Assembly: GCF_039654945.1 (NCBI RefSeq) | Contig: NW_027361784.1 | Location: 21,204,001 to 21,268,000, forward strand | From: Dendrobates tinctorius | Lineage: Eukaryota | DNA length: 64,000 bases | Direction: 5' to 3' | Part shown: in pieces, positions 54,392 through 64,000 of the stretch | Layout of the letters: every line of letters begins with the position of its first letter | How positions within the stretch are numbered: position 1 is the first letter of the stretch | The notes under the pieces: generated by a model | What the model saw: only the letters and a program-made list of their open reading frames with translations | The model's database searches: none | Told to the model about the DNA's origin: nothing | Program-made: the position numbers and the translations under genes

Positions 54392-57300
54392 AAAGATGGA
54401 TTTTTGGTTCTTACCGTAAAATCTCTTTCTTGGAGCCTTCATTGGGGGACACAGATTACCATGGGTGTATGCTGCTGCTGCTAGGAGGCTGACACTATGC
54501 AAAAAACAAGAGAATTGACTCCTCCCCGGCAGTATACACCCACCGACAGATACCAAGTACCTCAGTTGGTGAGAAAGCAGTAGGAGAAGCCACGGAACAA
54601 TAAACATACGGTATGTACCAACCGAACAAGGGACTCAAGGACCCAACACGGTACAATTTAAATAGGGAGGGTGCTGTGTCCCCCAATGAAGGCTCCAAGA
54701 AAGAGATTTTACGGTAAGAACCAAAAATCCATCTTTCTTTATCGCCTTATTGGGGGACACAGATTACCATGGGACGTTCCAAAGCAGTCCCAAGGGCGGG
54801 AACAGCCATAAGGAACGAAAGAACAGGAAGGGCTTAGGTCGGTCGATGCGCCACCGCCGCCTGCAGGACCTTCCAACCAAACGACTGCATCAGACGAGGC
54901 CTGGGTATGAACCCTGTAGGACCTCGCAAACGTATGCAAAGACGACCAAGTCGAGGCCCTGCAAATTTGCAGAGCCGAAGCCTGGTGTCGAACGGCGCAC
55001 GAAGCTGCCACCGCCCGGGTGGAGTGAGCCCTCACTCCCGAAGGCGGCCGTTTTTCCTGAAGACGGTATGCTTCCAGAATAGTAGAACGAATCCAGCGAG
55101 CGATCGTGGATTTGGATGCCGGAAGCCCTTACCGGTGACCTTCAGAGATGACCAGCGAAGAATCGTATTGATGAAAAGAAGCAGTCCTAGCGAGATAAAC
55201 ACGCAAGGCTCTAACAACGTCCAGTTTGTGGAGAGACTTCTCAAAAGGGTGAGAAGGAGCAGGACAAAATGATGGAAGACTATATCCTCGTTGATGTGGA
55301 AGGAGGATACCACTTTTGGGAGAAAAGAAGGAACGGGCCTGAGGACGACTTTATCCTGATGGAGGACCAGATAAGGAGGACGACATGACAGGGCCGCTAA
55401 TTCAGAAACTCTTCTGATGGATGTTATGGCAATTAGAAAGGTTACCTGCCATGACAGAAAAGACAAAGGAATGTCCTGGATGGGCTCAAACGGTGCCTTT
55501 TTGGAGAGCGCTAAGAACGAGATTGGGATCCCACGGTTCCATCGTGAATGAAGAGGAGGAGCCACATGAGCGACTCCATGGAGGAATGTCTTAACCTGAG
55601 GTAAGGAAGCGAGCTCCCTTTGAAAAAGGATAGACAAAGGGGAAACCTGGCCCTTGATAGTACTGTGAGATAGACTCGAATCTAAGCCAGACTGGAGAAA
55701 AACCCAGTATGGACGGAAAGGAAAAGGACATTGGAAAGACTCTTATCGTCGCACCAACGGAAAAAGGGCCTTCCAATGCCTATGGTAGATACAGGAAGAG
55801 GCTGGTTTCCTGGCTTTGATCATCGTCTGAATCACCTGGCTTGAAAAACCTGAATCTCTTAAGATTGCAGCCTCGATGGCCATGCCGTTAAATTCAGAGA
55901 ACGAGAATTCTCGTGGTAAAGGGTGGCCTTGCGAGAGAAGATCCGGACTGTCTGGAAGCCTCCAGGGGACGTCCGCGAGCATGTTCACCAGTTCCGCATA
56001 CCAAGACCTCCTTGGCCAGTCTGGAGCCACAAGAATAACTGGCACCCCTTCCGATTTTATCTTCTTGACCACTCTTGGGATCAAGGCAAGAGGTGGAAAC
56101 AGATAAGGAAATTGGAACTGGGACCACGGAATTCGCCGCAAGTGACGGCTAGAGGGTCCCTGGACCTGGCTACGAAACGCGGAAACTTGTGGTTCATCCG
56201 AGATGCCATGAGGTCGACATCCGGATAACCCCAGTGCTGGCATATCTGATCGAAGACCGTGGACTGGAGAGACCATTCACCTGACGCTAGGCCTTGACGA
56301 CTCAGAAAGTCGGCTGCCCAGTTTTTCACCCCTGGAATGTGCACAGCGGAGGTTGTTGGAACGTACCGTTCTGCCCAGCGCAGTATCTTGGCCACTGCTG
56401 ACATCACTTGGTTGCTGCGCGTGCCGCCCTGATGGTTTATGTACGCCACAGCCATGGCGTTGTCCGACGGAATGCGGACTGGCTTGCCGACGAGAAGAGG
56501 TAGCCAGGGAAGAAGGGCCAGGAAGATTGCTCTGATTTCGAGACGATTAATAGGGAGCAGGGCTTCCTGTGGACTCCAACGTCCTTGGGCCGTTCACTGA
56601 TGGAAAACCGCTCCCCAACTTAGAAGGCTGGCATCAATGGTAATGACTTGCCACTGGAGCGGGAAGAAGGACCTCCCCTGGAGGACTGACGTAGGCATTG
56701 CCCACCAAGTCAGGGAATGCCTCACTCTGAGAGGGAGGAGAATGGGGCGGTCTAAGGACAACGTCGTCTTGTCCCAAGCTGAGAGGAGGGACAGCTGAAG
56801 GGGGCGAAGATGAAACTGTGCAAAAGGCACTGCCTCCCTGGAAGCCACCATCTTCCCCAGAACTGTCATGCCGAGCCGAAGGGGAATGGGCTTCAGCCGT
56901 TTGAGGGCTTGAGTTTCTTTGGACAGAGGCGCAAATTTTTTCCCTCGGAAGAAACACCCAGGGCAGATTCGTGTCAAGTTCCATGCCTAGGAAGGTCAGA
57001 CGCTGAGTGGGTCTGAGAATGGACTTTTCCTTGTTGACTAACCATCCGAGACGGCCGAGGGTATCCAGGGTTATGTGAAGACTCAGGAGACAGTCTTGAA
57101 GGGACGAGCCTTTGATCAAGAGATCGCCCAGATAAGGGATGATAAGAATCCCCCTGGATCGAAGGATGGCCATGACCGTCACCATCACCTTCGTGAAAAC
57201 ACGGGGAGTAGAGGCTAGGCCGAAGGGATGATCGTGAATTGATAGTGATTTTCCTGAATCGCAAACCGAAGATATTTCTGATGTTGCAAGCAAACAGGGA

Positions 57301-60262
57301 TGTGAAGATAATTATCCCGTATGTCCACAGAGCAGAGGAATTCACTGGGTTCCATTGAGGCTATCACTGATCGAAGAGACTCCATTTTGAAGTGGAGAAT
57401 CTTCACATGGCGATTGAGCAACTTGAGGCCCAGGATTGGTCGAAGGGTCCCGTCTTTTTTCAGGACTACGAAAAAATTTGAGTAGAACCCTGAAAACCGT
57501 TCGTCTGAGGGAACGGGGACAATCACTCCGGCGGAAAGAAGGGAGGAGACGGCTTGAAAGAATCCTGGAACGTGGGACCGCTGTCTTGGGGGTCGAGACA
57601 GGAAAAAACGTCTGTTTGGCTGGGAGAAAATTCGATCTTGTATCCGGATGCGATGATTTCCCTGACCCAAGCATCGTCGACAACAGACAGCCAAGCATCC
57701 GCGAAAAAGGAAAGTCTGCCTCCCACCCTGGAAAAACTTCCAGGTGGGGGTGACCCGTCACTTGGAGGAGAACCTTGCTGGGTAGATTTTTCTGTGGACG
57801 AGAAGGCAGAAAAGGGCCTAAACAGCCAGAAACCCTTTGTTAAAAAAGCATTTTGGCCGAGACTGAGGGAGAGAAGTGCTCTTACCACCAGTGGCATCCA
57901 AAATTATTTGATCTAGCTTGGCTCCAAAGAGCCGAGAACCAAGGAAAGGCAGATTGGTAAGCGACTTTTTGGAGGTGGTACCTGCATTCCATGACTTTAG
58001 CCAAAGGACTCGGCGTACGGCTACTATGTTGCCGTTAGCCCTTGCTACGCACCCAGCCGCTTCCAAGGAGGCGGCTAAGAGGTATTTAGCCGCATGATTA
58101 ATTTGATCTGCTAGATCTGTCAGCTCGTCCTGGAGAGCTGCCGCTAAGATGCCTCTGCGAAGAGTTTTTGCCCAAGCTAAAATGACTTTTGCCACCCAGG
58201 AGGAAGCGAAAATAGGACAGAGAGAAGCTCAGGGATAGAGCCGTCTTAGAGGCTTTACGAGAGACGGAAGGATCCACTTCGGGGGCTTTGGTCCATTTTG
58301 TGAGCAGATCCACATCAAAGGGATACAGGACATCTAAGTACCTGCGGCCTGAAAAGCGTTGTTCAGGGTGCTCCCAATGTTTGGTTAGAGTAGTATTGAA
58401 CTCCTTGTGGTTTGGAAAGGTTCGGGATGGAGGCTTCGCTCGTTTAAATTGAATAGAACATTCCTGAGAAGGCTTGTCCTGCGTAATTTCCAAAGTTTGG
58501 AAGATGGCAGAAAGAGGACTATCGACCATATTCCGTGTTTTAGATATGTTATCTGCTTCTGAACTAGATCCCGATTGGGGATCGTCGTCAGACCTAGGGT
58601 CGTCCTCTGAAGACGGAGAAGGACACCTGGGAGAAGCCGACGGGCCTAGCGAACTGGAAGACGAGCCAGACAGAACATGCTTCCTAGAAATCCTACTCGG
58701 CCTGTCCCTCTGAAGGTCGCGGTCAGGTGCGGACGACCCACCCTGAGAGGTGGTCGGTGCACAGGTGGCTGTAGATAACTGAGGCAAACGTTCTAAGACC
58801 TGGACCAGGGACTGAGAGACTTTAGTCAGATCGGGGACCGACTGCGACATTGCAACGGCCCACTCTGGGAGGTGGGAAGTACCCTCATCCCGGGAATCGT
58901 GTGCTCCTGAGAGGCCGACATAACTAAAGGGCTGCAGGACGGACAGATGACTGACCTGAAGCCCACTTCTTGTTACAGCGTGCACAGGCGTAATGGGAAA
59001 AGGTGGGCTTGAAAGACAGAGCTGTTGCAGGAAAAGATACGCCTTATGGCTGCACTACACAGAAAAGAACTGCAGAGGGGAGCCAATTTGCCATTAAGCG
59101 CTGAGCCTACCGAGAATCTGACGAGCAGCCGGACCCTGACGTGTCCCCCAAGCCGTGCAGGAAGCAGAGAAAAATTGCAGGAGAGAGCTGCTGTGAGTCC
59201 GGAGGGCGGGATTTAGCGCACGGAGGAGATTGGCAATAGAAGGGGGGGGGGGGGCGGTAAAAGAGAGACTGACATCACCTAAAAAGAAAGACAAGCTGTG
59301 ATAGGGTGGAGAGGGCGCGAGAAAAACGTGCTCTCAGAGAAGAAAGCGCGCCCAGTGTAACAGGGAGCGCGCTCAGAGCGGGGAAAGAGAAAGCGCGGCT
59401 GAAAGAGAAAGTGAAAGCGGTCTCTCTCCCCGCCCGAGCTTCTACACCGACACCCGCGGCGCCGCTAATTAAGGTGAGCCTGCGCTACCCTGCTAAATAA
59501 TAAAGAGCCCCCTGAGCCCAGGAAGACCCCCGGGGTTATGTGCCTCTGTATTAACAGGGAGCGCGGCTGATATGAGAGACGCGCGGCTAGTAGGGGCGGG
59601 AGATTCAAATGCAAACTTATCTCCACTCTTGCTTCCTGAGACATGCGGTGCTAAGGGATCGTTCAGGATCTTACCTGACGTCCCTGAAGAGGAGGGCCAC
59701 AGGGGCATGAGTAGGGAACAGGCCGCTGGGAGAGGTCCTCTTACCCGTGTCACATAGAAGACGGTGTCCTTTTGTTGGGAGCGATGGCGACCACCGTCTT
59801 CCTCTCAGCCCTGTCCTGGGATAGGGATGAGGAGTTGTTTTGGCAAGGACCGGCCACCTGTCGTCCGCCCATAGCACCGAATGGTGATATGGAAAAAGTC
59901 CTGCCTGCGGTACTGAGAGTTGCGATGTGGTCGACACCACACTGCTCGCTCAGCCGCATGATATGGGAAAGCAGGGTGAACATTGACCCCCTGTTTCCCG
60001 GTGTAGAATCTGGAAAATAAATGGGAAAAGATTAATACACACACACACAAAACCTAAAAGAAAATGGTTAGATGCGGATCTGGGGAGATCCCGGTCCGCC
60101 TCCTACAGACACTAAGCACAAACTGAGGTACTTGGTATCTGTCGGTGGGTGTATACTGCCGGGGAGGAGTCAATTCTCTTGTTTTTTGCATAGTGTCAGC
60201 CTCCTAGCAGCAGCAGCATACACCCATGGTAATCTGTGTCCCCCAATAAGGTGATAAAGAAA
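54392..60262 (-). mobile_element. DIRS1-type retrotransposon copy E, full length, ORFs heavily frameshifted
   Basis: AAA at both ends; ITRs ~54441-54567 and 60121-60247 identical by my reading; ICR ~54674-54772; fragments of gag, RT (YLGD), RNase H, MT-like and YR (AHSTR) on the minus strand. Confidence 0.95.
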
Positions 60263-60480
60263 GACTTGTTAGTACTCTGTCCCAGGAAAATTGTAAAAAA
60301 AAAAGAGCAAAAATTAATGAACAATGTGTAGAAAGTTGCTTAATTTTGCATTACGGAAGCAACTGAACCAATAGAAAAAAATGATATAATTCTGGAATAC
60401 ATGACACCCATACAAAAATGCATTTGTGAGCTGCTTAGGTGACACTTTGTGTATGTATGTGTATATACAGTGGCAATGTA

Positions 60481-60890
60481 CAGCTCTGGCAAAAATTAAG
60501 AGACCACCACATCAAATCCCTGATCAGCCCATTGTCCAGACCTGAACCATATTGAAAACCTCTGGAATGTAATCAAGAGGAAGATGGCTAGTCACAAGCC
60601 ATCAAACAAAGAAGAACTGCTTTCATTTTTGTACCAGCAGTGGCATAAAGTCACTCAAAAGCAGTGTGAAAGACTGGTGGAAAGCAGCCGAGACGCATGA
60701 AAGCTGTGATTAGCAATCATGGTCATTCCACAAAATATTGATTTCTGAACTCTTCCTGAGTTAAAACATTAGTATTGTTGTTTCTAAATGATTATGAACT
60801 TGTTTTCTTAGCATTATTTGAGGTCTGCAAGCACTGCATTTTTTTTTCGAATTTTGACTATTTCCCATCTGAAGATAAAATGACCTAAAG
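60481..60890 (+). mobile_element. internally deleted Tc1-like fragment
   Basis: CAGCTCTGGCAAAAATTAAGAGACCAC TIR-like start joined to transposase C-terminus PDLNHIENLWNVIKRKM...GHSTKY*. Confidence 0.75.
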
Positions 60891-61020
60891 TTAAAGATAA
60901 CACATTTCCCCTGTATCTTAGGGGTAAATATATATAGTGTCATCTTGTTACTCTTTAGAAATTACAAAACGGAAAATGGGACAATGCTAAAGTTGGGGCA
61001 CCCTGCAAGTTTAGGGTTAT

Positions 61021-61360
61021 GGGAAGTTTCGCCCCCAGGTACATTTTGCCCCTATCATTTTGCCCCCAGCATTTCGCCCCTATCATTTCGCCCCCAGCAT
61101 TTCGCCCCTGGATGTTTCGCCCCCAGCAGTTGGCTCCCGGATGTTTTGCCCCCGGATGTTTTGCCCCCGGATGTTTTGCCCCCGGATGTTTTGCCCCCGG
61201 ATGTTTTGCCCCCGGATGTTTTGCCCCTGGATGTTTTGCCCCTGGATGTTTCGCCCCCGGATGTTTCGCCCCCAGCACTTCGCCCCAGATTTTTCACCCC
61301 TGGCAGTTCACCCCCCCAGATGTTTTGCTCCCGGATGTTTGTACCCTGTTTTGCCCCCAG
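61021..61360. repeat. 15-bp tandem repeat GGATGTTTTGCCCCC; probable subterminal repeats of a Mutator-like element
   Basis: About 20 units, ~900 bp upstream of a FLYWCH ORF. Confidence 0.85.
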
Positions 61361-61573
61361 AATTTTGTGTTTGGATGTTTCAGCAGTTTGTCCTTGTGGT
61401 TCATAAATTCCCGTCCGTCATCAATCCACATGTCACAAAAGTACTGTACAGAGTGCTGCACTTTTCTTGACATGTTAAATCAGCTGTTTCCAACTGTAAA
61501 CCTCACAACTGATAGCTTCATAGTGTCAGAGCATTTTGCCCGCACTTTTAACAAGACATTTTCCAAAACGTTT

Positions 61574-61938
61574 CATGTCATTCTCTGCAAGGAGAAACAA
61601 TACTTCTTGAATATCGGTCAAACGCCTCTCTCACAGCCAAACCAGATCTCACACTTTGCACTGACGAGGAGCAGTACCCCGAAACACAGTGTCTGCAAAC
61701 TGAGATTCTCTTTGTGGCTTTTATCCTAAGTCATGTAACAAGGCTCGTTAAAGGGTCATCATTGACTTTTAGGATTGCTACTTCCAATAGGTGGCACTAG
61801 ATTTCTAGTCCTCTTCCTCTCTCTGAAGAGACAATTTACATATTTCCCAGAAGAGCATTGCGGCTTTAAGTCTCCTCATCTCGGCATGCTTGCTTAGCAT
61901 GTCATTCTCCGCAAGAAGAAACAATACTTCTTGGATAT
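61574..61938 (+). mobile_element. non-LTR retrozyme-like unit (324-bp period with 41-bp terminal redundancy)
   Basis: Direct repeat CATGTCATTCTC.GCAAG.AGAAACAATACTTCTTG.ATAT at 61574-61614 and 61898-61938; contains a type I hammerhead; no credible ORF. Confidence 0.75.
61646..61706 (+). ncRNA. type I hammerhead ribozyme
   Basis: Stem I AUCUCA..UUUGCA / UGCAAA.UGAGAU; CUGACGA 61661-61667; stem II GGAG-CAGUA-CCCC; GAAA 61681-61684; short stem III; GUC cleavage triplet ending 61693. Confidence 0.85.
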
Positions 61939-62267
61939 AAAACATTTTTGTGTTGCAAAAACATAATACGAAAAAAATAAACGGATTAAAAAAAATGCAG
62001 TGTGAATGAGGCCTGATTTAGGTGGGGAATGTAAACCACTCTAAAACATTTTGTGACCTTTTACCTGACCCAGCACTGAGCTGCTTTTTTGCAAGTTTTG
62101 TTGCAGATGTAACAGTTTTCATGTCCGGTGTTCTGCAAGTTACTCTAGACTAGCTCTTATTCCATCTTTACCTCAGAATATAGCAGTGTCAATGATCTCT
62201 ACAAAGAGAGAGGTGTACTAGCACAAAAAAATCAGTCAGCTTCCACGGCAATCAACTTTCTACAAGT

Positions 62268-62754
62268 ATGAATTCTGTTCTATCCAAACGTGGGAAGAAG
62301 AAGTTGGTCTACGAGAATCACATTTACATATTTTCCAAACGAACGGCTGACAATGTCCATTCCATCTGGGTGTGTGAAAAATGTTCGACTTGCAAGGGAC
62401 GTGTTTGGACCAATGAAGCATCTGGTGAAGTGATGAAAGTAAACAAACCCCACAACCACGCAGCAGAAGCAGCAAGACCTGAAGCAATCCGACTTGTCAA
62501 TGAGGCGGTCACCAGGGCAAGGACAACACAGGAGACACCACCACAGATTCTCACAGAAGTCATTTCAGGAGCCCATTCTAATGTTGTAGCACTTCTCCCA
62601 AAGAAAGCATCACTGAAGAGGACAATACGATTATCAAGGCAACTTGGCAATATTCCAAGGTTACCCCAAACCCCTGATCAACTTGTTATTCCCCTGGAGT
62701 TTCAGGAGATCAATATTGATGGTATCCAGCAGCAGTTCCTTCTGCATGACTCTG
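62268..62754 (+). CDS. first coding exon of a FLYWCH zinc-finger / MULE-type transposase
   Basis: SKRGKKKLVYENHIY...WVC...CKGRV...HNH FLYWCH signature; open to LLHDSG where a CTG|GTGAGC donor occurs; no DDE domain seen in the window. Confidence 0.75.
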
Positions 62755-63409
62755 GTGAGCATTTAACATTTCCATAAAGCAGAATTATTGCAAAGTTGCA
62801 CAGTGCTGATATAGAATACTATGTGATTTTTTTTTTTTTATTAAAGGGAAACTTTGAGGATAGTATAATGTAGGGTGAATCCTACTGATTCCCACTATGC
62901 CTCACTTGTTTATTTGCAGTCTGATTCTCTGCTCAGCTTCAAAGTAGAAGTCCTGCCTTTAAAGGGAATCTGTCACCCATATTTAGTGATATCATGTAAA
63001 GATATCACCCAATTGTGCGTCCCATAAGGATTCTATTAGGGCTTTTGACTCCTCCGACCCCGCACCTTTGAGGCATAAATACCTTTTTGTATCTTGTTGG
63101 GGATGTATGCAAATCGCCGAGGTCAGGTCCGATGGGCGTGGTTAGTCGCCTTCTCCCCCCCCCGTGAATATCACAGATAACGCTGGTTTCTGCGCTTGTG
63201 CATTGTAAAGCCTCCGGCGCCTGCTCAGTATGCTTTGCCCAACTGTGGGCGAAGCATATAATCGCTACTGCGCATGCGCTGGTATTTTCCAGCGCTGTCT
63301 ATAGCCCAGAAGTCTTCACATGCAGGACACACTTCCGGGGCATAGACCGCGCTGGAAAATACCGGCGCATGCGCAGTAGCGATTATATGCTTCACTGACA
63401 ATATGAGTC

Positions 63410-63700
63410 TATATTAGTGCATGGCCAAGCGGCCATGTGAGTCTTTTATAGTGGCGACCTTCCGGGACCTTCCCCGTCGTCCAATCGGAACAGGCACGGG
63501 ACCTGAGCATGTGACCCCTGAACTCCAATGGGAGGTTGAGCCTCGGGCATGCTTAGTGGAGCGAAAATGGGACTTAGTCCCAGGAGCTGCTCGCCGCTGG
63601 CTAGTGTAGGCTGCTATAGCTGAACCAGGGATGGCAGCAGCAACCAACCCGACAGCACTAGCTTGAGCAAGGCGCTGGGAATGACGTCTTTGCTGAGCAG
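63410..63700 (-). mobile_element. LTR fragment related to the solo LTR at 52575-53390
   Basis: Shares TTTTATAG, GGGACCTTCC, CCAATC, GGACCTGAGCA.GTGAC.CCTGA.CTCCAATG and GGGACTTAG in the same order as 53160-53320. Confidence 0.7.
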
Positions 63701-64000
63701 CAGGGCTGTGGAGTCGGTAAGCCAAACCTGCGACTCCGACTCCGACTCCTCAATTTCCCTTACACCGACTCCAACTCCGACTCCACGACTCCGACTCCCA
63801 CACATATTGCTTATATTTAAGTGAAAAATGTATTTTAGTACAATGTGAACCTCAGACATTTAATCATTTTTATGATCCAATAATCAAGATATTTAGATAA
63901 AACAGAATATATATTGGTGTACTACCCGGTTTTCATTTTTTTTGGTACAGATACGATATGGATAGACAGATATGGATAAATGGATATATAGATAGAGCAG
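63701..64000. mobile_element. left end of a hAT-like non-autonomous element with (GACTCC)n subterminal repeats
   Basis: Starts CAGGGCTGTGGAGTCGG followed by GACTCC repeats; the other end is not in the window. Confidence 0.5.

Noticed and set aside
60945-61729. (PPDVL)n / (APGCF)n / (GAKHP)n ORFs
   Set aside because: A 15-bp repeat is a multiple of 3, so stop-free frames arise automatically.
62905-62945. tttgcag acceptor as the next TAF2 exon
   Set aside because: The required phase does not give the expected ADSPLLWIRIDP-like peptide.

Overview
Eukaryotic, vertebrate DNA; the repeat content suggests a frog (inference). The + strand carries nine internal coding exons (1067 nt, phases consistent) of TAF2, the TFIID subunit with an M1-aminopeptidase-like fold, including one U12-type intron (35305-37796). 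The introns are packed with mobile DNA. Five DIRS1-type tyrosine-recombinase retrotransposons of different families make up about 27 kb (~42% of the window). One (17265-23225) has all ORFs intact and is fused exactly onto the right end of an older one. Also present are Tc1/mariner elements (one DD35E, carrying a solo LTR), two Helitrons, Harbinger/pogo/TTAA MITEs, a FLYWCH/MULE transposase exon, minisatellites and three hammerhead ribozyme motifs, one of them in a 324-bp retrozyme-like unit. Best leads: (1) a conserved gag TGA-C stop from which the recombinase frame continues in frame 0 and the RT frame in +1, a candidate three-way recoding site; (2) DIRS ends acting as targets for other DIRS families; (3) coding-dead DIRS copies with near-perfect ends, implying trans-mobilisation; (4) a covarying hairpin motif in DIRS leaders; (5) a sense-strand intronic hammerhead retrozyme. 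All family assignments come from reading motifs by eye; no database searches were run.
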